Of a stretch of DNA of 64,000 bases, positions 39,677 to 49,859 are shown one piece after another. The position numbers and the translations under genes are program-made. Source of the DNA: Candidatus Latescibacterota bacterium (GTDB lineage: Bacteria; Latescibacterota; UBA2968; UBA8231); NCBI GenBank assembly GCA_965215195.1, contig CBDCDC010000001.1, positions 416,001-480,000 of the forward strand, read 5' to 3'. Below the pieces are notes generated by a model. It was not told where the DNA came from, did not search any database, and worked only from the letters and a program-made list of their open reading frames with translations. Positions within the stretch are counted from its first letter, which is position 1, and every line of letters begins with the position of its first letter.

Positions 39677-39722
39677 AACGCAAAGCCGCCACCAGAACGC
39701 GATCTGGTGGCGGCTTTGCGTT
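39677..39722. terminator. Perfect 20-bp hairpin, probable bidirectional terminator
   Basis: AACGCAAAGCCGCCACCAGA / TCTGGTGGCGGCTTTGCGTT between convergent genes. Confidence 0.75.
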
Positions 39723-39780
39723 TGTAGAAAGGACGCAACAAAATGTACCTTCGTCGCGTTGTGTTGGGATTCCGTTTTTC

Positions 39781-40209
39781 CTAACCGCGCAGCTCGTGCT
39801 CGTCCACCAAGGCGCGCAACCGCGCTAAAAACGGGGTGATATCCGGCGGTGGACCAGCCGTGTTGTGGAGGACGATATCCTCACCCGTCGCCGCGTGGAA
39901 CACGGTCGCGGCCGGCGACAGGCTCACCTTTTCGACCTCGGCCCACGCCAAGGTCTGCCGGCCAAACAGGCCCTCCTCAACGGTCACGCCCTCCGCTCCT
40001 AGCCAGACCAAGCGCCGATGGAGGCGGTGGACGAAGAAAGCGGCCGCGCAGAACGCCGCGATCCCGCCGCCGAGCACTGCGAGTCCATAGGCGAAGCCGC
40101 CGCGCTGAAAGGCGATGGTGCTCAACAGCAACTGGCCAAAGCCCAACAGGGCAAAAATTAGACGCTGGCTGGCGCCCGGGCTGGTGGATAGGTCGAACGG
40201 TTCAGCCAT
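39781..40209 (-). CDS. Hypothetical membrane protein (2 TM + PH-like domain)
   Basis: Two hydrophobic helices then EGV..LAWAEVEKV pattern. Confidence 0.55.
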   Translation of the reverse strand: MAEPFDLSTSPGASQRLIFALLGFGQLLLSTIAFQRGGFAYGLAVLGGGIAAFCAAAFFVHRLHRRLVWLGAEGVTVEEGLFGRQTLAWAEVEKVSLSPAATVFHAATGEDIVLHNTAGPPPDITPFLARLRALVDEHELRG

Positions 40210-40212
40210 GCC

Positions 40213-41373
40213 TCAGCGGGGTACGATCCAGTCCTCGTCTATTTCCATGCCAAAACCCGGCGCGTCCGAAGGGATCAAGCCGCCATCTTGGGGCACGGCC
40301 GTGCCCGGTATAACGGGTACTTCGTCTAGGGGAATGCCCGGGGCCGAGCCGAGCCAGTACTCGGCCAGCGGCGATTCGGGGAAGGCAAAGGCGAAGTGTT
40401 GTCCGTAGGCGGTGTTGGCGCCGCCGTGGGGGATGGTGACAAGGCCGGCGGCCTCGGCGATGTAGTAAATTTTGACGGCTTCGGAGAGGCCGCCGCACCA
40501 CTTGAGGTCCGGTTGCAGCACATCGACGCAGCGGTGCTCCACTAGCTGGCGGAAGGCCTGACGGCCGTGGTGGTCCTCGCCGGTGGCAATGGGCACGTAC
40601 GGAGCGGCCCGCTTGAGCGCGACGTGGCCTTCGAGATCCGTGGGAATCAGCGGTTCCTCAATCCAGCGCATCTGATAGGGCCTGAGCCGCTCGGCAACTT
40701 GGACGGCGTATTCGACGTTGTAGGACATGACCGCGTTGAGCATCAGCTCGCAGTCCGGGCCGATGGTCTCGCGCGCTTGGGCGATTTTGTCTTCGAGGCG
40801 GTTGAGCCCTTCCTGGCCCTCTCGATAGTGGACCGGATTAGTGACCTTGAACGCGCTAAACCCCAATTCGAGGCCCCAGTCGAGGTCGTCGCCGGTGGCA
40901 TAGAGTTCGATGCGGTCGCGGCAGGGGCCGCCGAGCAGGCGGTACACGGGCTGGCCCAGCAGCTTGCCCTTGAGGTCCCAGAGTGCCAAATCGACCCCGC
41001 TTTGGGCAACGGCTGCGCTACCAGCGCGACCGAGGCGCTGAGCGGCGCGCCACATCAGGTCGTTGAGGAATTCCGTGGCCAGACAATCGCGGCCCGTCAG
41101 CAGGGGGGCGAAGACCTGCTCGACGATGGCGGCCACTGGCTCGCCAAAGGAACAGCCGCCCAAACCCCAAGTGCCGTCCTCGGCCGCGATCTGCACCCAT
41201 ACCGGGCCGCCGCCCATGCCCGGCATCTGCCCGGGTAGGCGCGAGAATTCTGGATACTTGTTGATCGGCAACGAGCGCGGCGCACTCTGGTTCCAAGAGG
41301 GGCGGCGGGCGGAGGTTTGCGCGCGGCGCGGCGGAAGATGCAGATCGACGATGCGGATGGATTGGATTTGCAT
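40213..41373 (-). CDS. Mandelate racemase family, L-rhamnonate dehydratase-like
   Basis: DLALWDLKGK, LLGG, WIEEPL, ATGE, QPD..WCGG, IPHG, PGFG. Confidence 0.85.
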   Translation of the reverse strand: MQIQSIRIVDLHLPPRRAQTSARRPSWNQSAPRSLPINKYPEFSRLPGQMPGMGGGPVWVQIAAEDGTWGLGGCSFGEPVAAIVEQVFAPLLTGRDCLATEFLNDLMWRAAQRLGRAGSAAVAQSGVDLALWDLKGKLLGQPVYRLLGGPCRDRIELYATGDDLDWGLELGFSAFKVTNPVHYREGQEGLNRLEDKIAQARETIGPDCELMLNAVMSYNVEYAVQVAERLRPYQMRWIEEPLIPTDLEGHVALKRAAPYVPIATGEDHHGRQAFRQLVEHRCVDVLQPDLKWCGGLSEAVKIYYIAEAAGLVTIPHGGANTAYGQHFAFAFPESPLAEYWLGSAPGIPLDEVPVIPGTAVPQDGGLIPSDAPGFGMEIDEDWIVPR

Positions 41374-41488
41374 GGTTAACGCTCCAAGTGGCGGATTGCT
41401 CCCAATCGCATGGTGCGGCATGACCGGCTGATCGACAGCGGGCATCCGCGTCGCTGGGGTCGGGCAACGCACACGAAGGCACTTTGGC

Positions 41489-42370
41489 TTAGTCGCCGAA
41501 GTTATAGACAAAGGAAAGCCAGGGGATGGGAAATCCCTCTTTGACCACCTCGCCGACGATAATGGCACCTACATCAACAGCTATCTTGGAGCTGAGAAAG
41601 CGGAGGGCGAGGCCCAGTGGCTGTTGGTCAAGTTGGAAATCTCCGCCAGTAATGAGCCAGTTTTCCGAGACCAAGGCCATGCTCTTGGAGAGGCGAAGAT
41701 TGCCGCCGAGGAGGAGAACTGGGTGCTCGGCGAAATCCACATCCTCGCCTTCCTCGGCGATGTAGCCTAGGCCGATGCCGCAGGTGAAGCTCTTGTCGGG
41801 GGTGCCTTTGGTCCCGACCACAAAGGCCATACCGCCAGCATCGCCGGCGACATGCATATAGAGCACACCCGCGGAAAGGGCAACCTCGTCGCTAGCGTAG
41901 AGACCAAACTTGGGGGCCACTGACAGAACTTGGTCGTCCAACCCCAACCCCGGAATAAAGGACACGCCGCCGGACAAGGTAAAGTGGTCGGTGAGGCCGT
42001 AGGCCATGCCGGGGAAGAATACGTAGTGATTGAAAAAATAGCGATCCCCTCGGCGCAATGGCCTACCAGTAGGTGAGAACATCAGGCGGGAGTAGTTAGG
42101 GTCAGGACGGAAGAAGGCACCAGCATGGCGCTTTTCTATGGCCACGATGGATGCTCTCGGCACCTTTACTTCTAGGCCGGCGAGTGTCTCGACGAAGACG
42201 TAAGTTGCGGTCTCCTGAATGATGATGCCTTCGAGTTGGGTATCATCAACGAGGGAAATGGACACCAGCAAGTCGACGTGGGCGTCCCCACTATCGTGGG
42301 CGTGGCTGGCCGGCACTAACAGGACAGCGACTAACAACAGGGCGATGTTGAACAAGCGGAGGTTTTTCAT
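41489..42370 (-). CDS. Hypothetical exported/outer-membrane protein
   Basis: Signal peptide, small N-terminal beta domain, amphipathic strands, terminal SFVYNF. Confidence 0.6.
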   Translation of the reverse strand: MKNLRLFNIALLLVAVLLVPASHAHDSGDAHVDLLVSISLVDDTQLEGIIIQETATYVFVETLAGLEVKVPRASIVAIEKRHAGAFFRPDPNYSRLMFSPTGRPLRRGDRYFFNHYVFFPGMAYGLTDHFTLSGGVSFIPGLGLDDQVLSVAPKFGLYASDEVALSAGVLYMHVAGDAGGMAFVVGTKGTPDKSFTCGIGLGYIAEEGEDVDFAEHPVLLLGGNLRLSKSMALVSENWLITGGDFQLDQQPLGLALRFLSSKIAVDVGAIIVGEVVKEGFPIPWLSFVYNFGD

Positions 42371-42418
42371 TCGATGACTTTCCTAGCGGAACGCGAAGGC
42401 ACTCCGTTTTGCGCGGCC

Positions 42419-43231
42419 TCAGGCGCCCGCCAGAATGGGGTGCAGCGGATGGTCCCAAGGGCCGCCAGCTTCCATCTCGTCGGCCGCGCCAGCCGCGTCG
42501 TGGGTCCCGGTAAACGTGGTGTAGTCGGGCATGTAGATAATGGCGAATGCGCGGCGCGGCGCAGCGGTCTGGTTGGGACCGGCGTAGTGGAAGGTGCAGC
42601 CGTGGTGGAAGGTAACGCCGCCGGCTTGCATGTCCATGGTCACTGGCTCGGGCACGTCGTAGCCTCGTTCCTTCATTTTGGCGACAATGCTCTCGCCAGC
42701 GACGCCGAGTTTGATCGGTTCGAGCCGCTCGAATTGATGTGAGCCGGGCACAAAGTGAAGGCAGCCATTGTCTGAGGTCACGTCGTCCACCGCGATCCAC
42801 GCCGACAGCGCGCCGACCGGGTCCATCGGCCAATAGGGAGCGTCCTGGTGCCAGTTCGTTTCCTTGCTCGTTTGGCCGGGGGGCTTGATCATCGCGTGAT
42901 CGTGGTAGATGCGCACGTGGCGGCAGCCGCTCAAGCGGCGGGCGGTTTCGGCCAAGCGCGGATGAAAGGCAATTTCCTTGGCGGCCGGATAGTCGGTCCA
43001 GAGGTTGACCATTTGGTTGAAGACGCGCTCGTAGTCTTCCGACACGCGGCCATCCCGCTCGGCCCCTTTGATGCGAGCGCGATGCGTGGCGATGGCGTGG
43101 TCAATGGCTTGGCGCAGCGAGGCGATCTCCTCGGCGGAGAAGAAGTGTTCGTAGCGGATGTAGCCGTTTTGCTGGTAGAATTCGGCGTTGGCTGGCGTGG
43201 CCGGGCTAATGGCTTGGTTTGTTGTAGGCAT
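42419..43231 (-). CDS. PhyH-family dioxygenase (canonical HxD)
   Basis: WHQDAPYW, NGCLHFVPGSH, FHH..TFH, RR. Confidence 0.95.
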   Translation of the reverse strand: MPTTNQAISPATPANAEFYQQNGYIRYEHFFSAEEIASLRQAIDHAIATHRARIKGAERDGRVSEDYERVFNQMVNLWTDYPAAKEIAFHPRLAETARRLSGCRHVRIYHDHAMIKPPGQTSKETNWHQDAPYWPMDPVGALSAWIAVDDVTSDNGCLHFVPGSHQFERLEPIKLGVAGESIVAKMKERGYDVPEPVTMDMQAGGVTFHHGCTFHYAGPNQTAAPRRAFAIIYMPDYTTFTGTHDAAGAADEMEAGGPWDHPLHPILAGA

Positions 43232-43286
43232 GAGGGCAAGACCTTAATTTTTGCGGTGTCAATCAAACATTCAACAGGGGTAGAAA

Positions 43287-43634
43287 ATGGCCGAAGTAAC
43301 GATGTACCACAACCCGCGATGTTCTAAAAGCCGGCAGACGTTGGCTCTATTGGCCGAGCAAGGCGTGGAGGCAAACGTCGTCGAGTACTTGCACACGCCG
43401 CCGGACGCCAAGACCCTAGACGAGCTTTTGCAAAAGCTGGGATTGGAACCCCGGGAACTCATGCGCACCAACGAGGACGAATACGAGGCGCTGGGGTTGG
43501 CCGAGGTGACGGAGCGGGCGCAGCTCATTCAGGCGATGGTGGAACACCCCATCCTGATCGAACGGCCGATCGTGGTCAAAGGGAACCAAGCGCGCATTGG
43601 GCGACCCCCGGAGCGAGTCTTAGACATTCTCTAA
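43287..43634 (+). CDS. arsC: Arsenate reductase (glutaredoxin-type)
   Basis: YHNPRCSKSR, LIERPIV, GRPPE. Confidence 0.9.
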   Translation: MAEVTMYHNPRCSKSRQTLALLAEQGVEANVVEYLHTPPDAKTLDELLQKLGLEPRELMRTNEDEYEALGLAEVTERAQLIQAMVEHPILIERPIVVKGNQARIGRPPERVLDIL

Positions 43635-43635
43635 G

Positions 43636-44274
43636 ATGCTAAAACTGGGGTTTCTCGCCTCGCACACCGGATCGAATATGCAGGCGATCATCAATGCCTG
43701 TACAGCGGGGACGCTAGCGGCCGCGCCGCGCGTGGTGATTAGCAACAACTCGCAATCGGGTGCGCTGGCGCGGGCGCGGCAGGCGAACATGGCGGCGTAC
43801 CACCTGAGCGAGCGGACGCACGGCGAGGCACTGGGCGGGGCGATTCTGGCGGCGCTGCAACGGCACGGGGTCGAAGTGATTTGTCTGGCCGGATACATGA
43901 AAAAGTTAGGGGCGGAGGTTTTGGCGGCCTACGAAGGGCGGATTTTGAATATCCATCCCTCCCTGTTGCCCAAGTTCGGCGGGCAGGGCATGTACGGGAT
44001 GCGGGTCCACGAGGCCGTGTTGGCTGCTGGAGAGCGAGAGAGCGGGGCGACGGTCCACCTAGTGAATGAAGAATACGACCAAGGGCGGGTGCTGGCGCAG
44101 GAGAAGGTTCCGGTGAAAGCAGGGGACACGCCCGAGGCGTTGCAGGAGCGGGTGCTAGCAGTGGAACACCGGCTCTACGCAGCGACCCTCGCGCGGATCG
44201 CGGCCGGCGACCTAAAAATTGGAACGGTCGATCGTTTGGTCCTCAGCGATTCGCCTCCTTGCGCCCGCGCATGA
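43636..44274 (+). CDS. purN: Phosphoribosylglycinamide formyltransferase
   Basis: GSNMQAI, LAGYM, NIHPSLLPKFGG, GATVH, YDQG. Confidence 0.95.
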   Translation: MLKLGFLASHTGSNMQAIINACTAGTLAAAPRVVISNNSQSGALARARQANMAAYHLSERTHGEALGGAILAALQRHGVEVICLAGYMKKLGAEVLAAYEGRILNIHPSLLPKFGGQGMYGMRVHEAVLAAGERESGATVHLVNEEYDQGRVLAQEKVPVKAGDTPEALQERVLAVEHRLYAATLARIAAGDLKIGTVDRLVLSDSPPCARA

Positions 44275-45727
44275 TGCGCCGCAGGTGCCCGAGCTCTTCG
44301 ACGATGGTGCGGCGCTCTAGCAGCCCTAAAACGACCCCGTACGCCAACGCCATCATTCCACTCCGCAAGGCAAAATCGCCCGCGGCATAATCCAAGGCCC
44401 AACGGGCGTACGACCATCCACAAACAGCGGCTGCCAGCAATCCCGTGGCCGGCGCGGCCAGTACTTTGAACCAATTGACGCGCACATAGGCGCGCAGGCC
44501 AACGCACAGGCCGAGAAAGCCCGTGCCGGCCACCGCGCCCATGCCGTACGCCACGCCCTCCGTGCCCCACAACATGCCCAGCGCCGGGACGGCAAAAAGG
44601 GCCACTACCCCCTGCACCCCCACTATGTACGCGGACCGGCGCGTTGCCCCTACGGCCCACAGCAGGCCAAATCCATCGCTGAGCAACGGACGCAAAAGCG
44701 CATACGCTGCGAGCCAAACCACAATGGGCGCCGACGCGGCCCACTGTTCTCCCAAGAGGGCGGTTATTTCGCGGGCATTGAAGACCAAAATCAGGGACAC
44801 CGGGGCCGACACCCTCAGCACTAGGCTGATCATCTTGGAGAACAATTCGCCCAGTCGCTCGCGCTCGTGCCGATACCGCGAGTACAGGGTACTGCTGTAA
44901 TTGAGGATGATATGCGCGATGACCGCAGTGGGGATCTGCACCAGCCACCACGCCGTCTCGTAGAGCGCGAGCGCCGTATCGCCGGCGACCAAGCGCACGA
45001 CCAGCTTGTCGTACCACCAAATAAAGACCTGCAGTACCCAACCCACCCAGATCCACACACCATAGCCCAATAAGCGGCGCGCCCAAACCCAATCGAAGCG
45101 CAAAGAAGCGCGGCGCAGGGGGCGGCTGTACCAAGTGGCAGCGGAAAAAAACAGCACGTACACCACGCTGAGCACCGAGTACGTAGTCCACCCGCCCAAT
45201 ATCAGGCTCCACTCTTCCCACCCGGCGCGAGCCGCCAGCAGTGCGCTGCTCAGGGCCAACAGGGTCCCCAGCCCGTGCAACAGGGAGAGCCGCCCAAACT
45301 CAAAATCCATTCTGAGCAGGGCCTCTGAAGTCAGGGTCAGTTGGCGCACAAAGTGCAGCGCCGCCAGCACCCACGCGACTTGGGCGAAGGTCCAGGAAAA
45401 ATCCGCTGGAAAGAGCAACGCCAAGGCCAAGACGACCCCACTGCTGAACATACACGACAGCAAGGTAATGCACGCGTTCAGCGCAAAGTGCGTACCGACG
45501 AATTCTTCGACTCGGTCCTGGAAGTGCAACAGCGCGTGTATCAGGCCAAATTCGCGCAGGCTGGACAGCATGGTAAAGACCGTCACGCCCAAAAACACAT
45601 CGGCGAAAACGCTGGGTTCGAGCTGCCTTTTGATCAAGACCGTCAGCCCCACGCTGCACAGCCTCGCGGCATAGCCCGTGCCCAAGGTATAGAAAAACCC
45701 CTTGAACATCTTTTGCGGAGTAATCAT
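44243..45727 (-). CDS. Oligosaccharide/polysaccharide flippase (Wzx-like, MOP family)
   Basis: 494 aa, 12-14 hydrophobic segments, EFGL..AL, DKLVV. Confidence 0.75.
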   Translation of the reverse strand: MITPQKMFKGFFYTLGTGYAARLCSVGLTVLIKRQLEPSVFADVFLGVTVFTMLSSLREFGLIHALLHFQDRVEEFVGTHFALNACITLLSCMFSSGVVLALALLFPADFSWTFAQVAWVLAALHFVRQLTLTSEALLRMDFEFGRLSLLHGLGTLLALSSALLAARAGWEEWSLILGGWTTYSVLSVVYVLFFSAATWYSRPLRRASLRFDWVWARRLLGYGVWIWVGWVLQVFIWWYDKLVVRLVAGDTALALYETAWWLVQIPTAVIAHIILNYSSTLYSRYRHERERLGELFSKMISLVLRVSAPVSLILVFNAREITALLGEQWAASAPIVVWLAAYALLRPLLSDGFGLLWAVGATRRSAYIVGVQGVVALFAVPALGMLWGTEGVAYGMGAVAGTGFLGLCVGLRAYVRVNWFKVLAAPATGLLAAAVCGWSYARWALDYAAGDFALRSGMMALAYGVVLGLLERRTIVEELGHLRRIMRGRKEANR

Positions 45728-45733
45728 CTGTTG

Positions 45734-47134
45734 CTAGCGGGCCGCGCCGCATCGGTAGTCGTGCGGGTCGCCGAGGCGGGCTTGCAGCGCGTTGGGAGTC
45801 ATGCCACTGTGGCGCTGGACCCAGTCGACCTCGTCGGCCAGTGTGCAGTCGAAAAGGCCGGGATCGTCGGCCCCAATGGCCAGTCGGACATCCGAGGCCA
45901 AGAAGCGATGCACCGGATGATCTTTGGCGTCGGGCACGGCCCCGATGCGCAAGTTGGAGGTCGGACAAGTCTCTACCACGGTGCCCAGCGCGGCCAAGCG
46001 GCTGAGCGCGAAGTCCTGCCGCCGGCGCACCGCTTGGAGGCGCGGGGGATCGTATGCGCGGCAAACGAGCGCATCGCCGGGCCTGCCCGAGAGATTTCCC
46101 CGCTCCCTCAGCAGGGCTTGGGCATCGACCGGGACGCCGCAGTCCTGCAATGCGACCTCGTGGTGCAAGTCGTAGGCAATCTGGGCCAAGCGTTCGCTGA
46201 CCCGCTCGCATTCGTGGGCTTGGGGCCGGCGGGCCACGGCAACCTCCGGGTCGAGCCCGAGCGCCGTGCAGTGCCCCAAGCGGCGCGCACCTAGCTCGGC
46301 CGCTTCGTGGCACCAGCGCACCGCGCTTTCGAGCGATTTGTCGAAGTACACTTCGCCCACGTGATAGGCCACGTCGAGGGCGCGCTCCGGGCGCAGCTCG
46401 TTGTCGCGGCGCAAACGGCGGAAGAAGGCGCGGGTGCGGGCGGGCGGGTAGCCCTCCTCAAAGTGGCAGAAGTCGAGGCCGACGACCGCGGGGATCAAAT
46501 CCTCGTTTTCGTCGAGCAGGCGTTGAACCAATTTGTAGCATTCGAGCGGTGCCCAGCGCGGCAAGCTGATGAGGTAGCGCGCCTCAAAGTCTGCGGTAGA
46601 GGCTTGTTGCAGGAAGCGAGCGATGAGCTGGTGAAACTGCACGAAGGCTTCGGGCTGAGCGTGATCGTAGGGCGCCATCACCCGATATTCGACGTAGCGC
46701 AGGCCCTCGCGGCGATGGTGGGCCAAGACGCGCCGCCAGATCTCCTCCGATTTGTCTAATCCCTTCCACCAATGGCGATAGATGCAGATGGCCATGTTGA
46801 ACTTGGCTTGGAAGCGAGCGAAGTCGCCGCCGTCGTCAACCCCGTACACGTAGTGCGCCTCAATGGGGTCGAGGCACTGGGTGTGGAGGGCCTCGCCGAA
46901 GAGCGCGACCGGGTCGGGCCGCTTGCCATACGCTCGTTCAAAGCTATCGACAAAGAGGGACCAATCAATTTTCTCGTAGTAATCGCGGCCCAACGCTAGG
47001 AGGTCGGCGGCAAAGAGGCCGCCGTAGAGGTGGACGTGCAGCTCGCAGGTCTTGGCGGCTTGGAGGGGGGGCTGGCCGTCGCTAAATGGTAAAACGAGTG
47101 CCCTAGTAGAGTGTACCATGACTCCCTTTGCCAC
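45734..47134 (-). CDS. Adenosine deaminase-like amidohydrolase
   Basis: ELHVHL, YVEYR, YHVGE, RLGH, CPTSN, DDP. Confidence 0.8.
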   Translation of the reverse strand: MAKGVMVHSTRALVLPFSDGQPPLQAAKTCELHVHLYGGLFAADLLALGRDYYEKIDWSLFVDSFERAYGKRPDPVALFGEALHTQCLDPIEAHYVYGVDDGGDFARFQAKFNMAICIYRHWWKGLDKSEEIWRRVLAHHRREGLRYVEYRVMAPYDHAQPEAFVQFHQLIARFLQQASTADFEARYLISLPRWAPLECYKLVQRLLDENEDLIPAVVGLDFCHFEEGYPPARTRAFFRRLRRDNELRPERALDVAYHVGEVYFDKSLESAVRWCHEAAELGARRLGHCTALGLDPEVAVARRPQAHECERVSERLAQIAYDLHHEVALQDCGVPVDAQALLRERGNLSGRPGDALVCRAYDPPRLQAVRRRQDFALSRLAALGTVVETCPTSNLRIGAVPDAKDHPVHRFLASDVRLAIGADDPGLFDCTLADEVDWVQRHSGMTPNALQARLGDPHDYRCGAAR

Positions 47135-47188
47135 GCCGGGCGACGAATGCAGTTGCCGGTCGTGCAGAAATTACGCTACGACTGCCGC

Positions 47189-48205
47189 CTACTCTAGCGC
47201 CGGCATATCGACCGCGTCGTCTCGCCGCTCGTGCATGTTCGCTTCCATGGCCTCTGGATAGCGATGCGGGAGGTACGAGACTTCGTCGAGCCGGGCGCGG
47301 GCCTCGTCTGGGAGGCAAAAGCGGCCGGCGAGCATGTTGTCCCGCGCCTGCTCGGCGGTGCGTGCGCCGATGATGACCGAGGTGATGGCCGGTTGTTCCA
47401 ACACCCAACGCAGGGCGACTTGGGCCGGCGAGCGGCCCATTTCGTCGGCTACCGCTAGGAGCGTCTCTAAGGTGTCGTCGGCATTGGCGGCAAAATAGCT
47501 TTGCGGGTAAGCCCACGCATCGGCGGAACGGGTGCCGGCCAAGGTGCGCTCGCCGGGCTTGTACTTGCCAGAGAGCAAGCCGCCGCCGAGCGGACTCCAC
47601 ACCACCACGCCGAGGCCCTTGAGCTGGCAGACGGGAATCAGCTCCTGCTCAATGTCGCGCACGACCAAGCTGTATTGCGGTTGGTAGCACTCAAAGCGGG
47701 CCAACCCATTCGCGTCCGAAATCCACAACGCCTCCATCAAGCGCCACGCTTGGTAATTGGAACAGGCCATATAGCGCACCTTGCCTTGGCGGACCAAATC
47801 GTCGAGGGTGCGCAACATTTCCTCCAAAGGGGTCTGGGTATCCACGTGGTGAATGTAGTAGAGGTCGATGTGATCCATCTGCAACCTCCGCAAGCTGTCT
47901 TCGACGGCGTTCATAATGCGCACCCGCGACATCCCCGAGTCGTTGGGACCCGGCCCCATAGGGTTGAAGAACTTGGTAGCGACGACCGCATCGCGGCGAC
48001 GGCCCTTGAGCACCTTGCCGGTGATGACCTCGGACTCGCCGCCGCCATACGAATCGGCCGTGTCGAAGAAATTGATCCCTGCGTCAAACGCCAGATCGAC
48101 GATTCGCTTGGCCTCCTGCTCGTCGGTGCTGTGGCCAAAGGTCATGGTGCCAAGGCAAACTTCCGATACTTTGAGGCCGGTGCGGCCCATTCTGCGATAT
48201 TCCAT
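47189..48205 (-). CDS. Aldo/keto reductase
   Basis: LGTMTFG, DTADSYG, ATK, IDLYYIH, WSPLGGG. Confidence 0.95.
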   Translation of the reverse strand: MEYRRMGRTGLKVSEVCLGTMTFGHSTDEQEAKRIVDLAFDAGINFFDTADSYGGGESEVITGKVLKGRRRDAVVATKFFNPMGPGPNDSGMSRVRIMNAVEDSLRRLQMDHIDLYYIHHVDTQTPLEEMLRTLDDLVRQGKVRYMACSNYQAWRLMEALWISDANGLARFECYQPQYSLVVRDIEQELIPVCQLKGLGVVVWSPLGGGLLSGKYKPGERTLAGTRSADAWAYPQSYFAANADDTLETLLAVADEMGRSPAQVALRWVLEQPAITSVIIGARTAEQARDNMLAGRFCLPDEARARLDEVSYLPHRYPEAMEANMHERRDDAVDMPALE

Positions 48206-48234
48206 TATATATAGCTCCTATCACTTTATTCGCT

Positions 48235-49428
48235 TCAGGCGTTAAGTCCCTCAAATATCTGTCCGGCGAGGTGGTAAGCCAATATCGGCGGGACTGCGTT
48301 TCCCACTTGAGTAAATTGCCTCGCCGGAGATACAGTAAAAACAAAGTCGTCTGGGAATGTTTGTAGGCGAGCGCACTTTCTTACAGACATAGTCCGGGGT
48401 ATATGGGGGTGCAGATGCGACCGTCCACCACCCTTAGTGCCGCCAGCAATGACCGTCTTTGAGGGTAGCATCGGGTTCAGCCTATCCACCCTGCCTAATT
48501 TGTCCCTCTTTCCATAATCCAATTTCATGTATCTTTCAATCGACTCTGCCTTATGCTCTCTGGTTTCGTTGTTGTCTAAACTATCTACCGACTTCTCTAA
48601 TGCTTTACCACACGGTACCGTAGAAAATTGCTTCTGCGGGAATTGGAAAGAACCATCTAAGATCCCGACGATAAATACGCGCCACCTATTCTGAGGAATA
48701 AAGAAATTAGCTGCATTCAGTAGAGTGGGTTTTTCTACTGTATATCCTAGCCCTGCTAGAATCTGACACGCTTCAGATACTTGACGACCACCGTCTAGCG
48801 TTAGTAAGCCTTCCACATTTTCAATCAAAAATGCCTTCGGCCTAAATATCTTAACGAGAAATATGTAATCGAAAAGGAGACTTCCGTAACCTTCGTGATT
48901 GAAACCTGTTCTTTTGAATTTTTTTCCACTCTTTGAAAACCTCTGATTAGCAGCGATACTAAAGGGTTGGCAAGGCGGACCTCCGACAAAAATACCTGAA
49001 AAATTTTCTTTAATACCGATACTCTTCAGTATATCTATAATCGTATCAGTATCCTTGACATCACCATTGTATTCAGGAGGTCCAATGACGGTTGTAGAAA
49101 AATTGTCGCGCAACGTATTGCAGAAAATTTCGCTAATCTCTATCATTGCTACCGTTTTGAATCCAGCGAACTCAAATCCTAAGTCGAGACCGCCGCATCC
49201 AGAGAAAAAACTTACTAGCGGCATGTCTTTTTTATGTTTCTTAAAATCACTAAGTGTTTTGTACTCTAAGCTAGATTCAGAAAATAGATTATTTATTCTT
49301 CTATTGTTTTTATAAACTAATGAATCATAGTTCAACCCTAGCTTTTTTAACTCTGAAGAGAGTTTCTTAGAGTGAGTCCTACAGTATTCTAAAAGTTCGC
49401 TCTGCTCATTTACTTTTAGTTTTCTCAT
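48235..49428 (-). CDS. dcm: C5 cytosine DNA methyltransferase
   Basis: FSGCGG (motif I), GPPCQ (IV), ENV (VI), QNRWR (VIII), GNAVPP (X); AT-rich island. Confidence 0.95.
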   Translation of the reverse strand: MRKLKVNEQSELLEYCRTHSKKLSSELKKLGLNYDSLVYKNNRRINNLFSESSLEYKTLSDFKKHKKDMPLVSFFSGCGGLDLGFEFAGFKTVAMIEISEIFCNTLRDNFSTTVIGPPEYNGDVKDTDTIIDILKSIGIKENFSGIFVGGPPCQPFSIAANQRFSKSGKKFKRTGFNHEGYGSLLFDYIFLVKIFRPKAFLIENVEGLLTLDGGRQVSEACQILAGLGYTVEKPTLLNAANFFIPQNRWRVFIVGILDGSFQFPQKQFSTVPCGKALEKSVDSLDNNETREHKAESIERYMKLDYGKRDKLGRVDRLNPMLPSKTVIAGGTKGGGRSHLHPHIPRTMSVRKCARLQTFPDDFVFTVSPARQFTQVGNAVPPILAYHLAGQIFEGLNA

Positions 49429-49803
49429 CTTGCAACACCTGACTTTGCCTTATAATACACAGAAATGGCTGTGTTTTTGTCCGGGAAATCCTCAATAGAA
49501 TTTTCTTTTAGCCAAAAAACTATTGGAATCAACAAAGTGCTTGCAGATGTTGCTTACCGCGAGACGATCTTCTGCCTCGTAAGCAAGGAGAGAGGATGAG
49601 AATACGCGCTTATAGTTCCTCCAAACCTTATAACCACTTGGACTAAATGGTAATCCAGTAACACCCATCAGGTGATCGCGTATTGGATCGTCTCCGCTCA
49701 GTTCGATTCCATCTAATGTACAGAGGGCATTGGCAATTAGTGCAATGTTACTAAACCTAAAGTAGTCAAGCCGTCCTTGGTCCCATCTCCACTGAGTAAC
49801 CAT
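49425..49803 (-). pseudogene. Cognate restriction endonuclease with a large internal deletion
   Basis: N-terminal WRWDQGRLDYF.. stops at 49492; an out-of-frame tail FWLKENSIEDFPDKNTAISVYYKAKSGVAR* ends in an ATGA overlap with the dcm start. Confidence 0.6.
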
Positions 49804-49859
49804 GCAAAATCTCTCCAGTTATACGGTTTCGTTGAGAAAATCCGCCACTGACAATCGCG

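Noticed and set aside
43287-43634. arsC as an arsenic-resistance island
   Set aside because: No arsR, arsB or acr3 nearby; stand-alone ArsC-family genes are ordinary.
44243-44274. 32-bp convergent overlap of purN and the flippase
   Set aside because: Short tail-to-tail overlaps are common.
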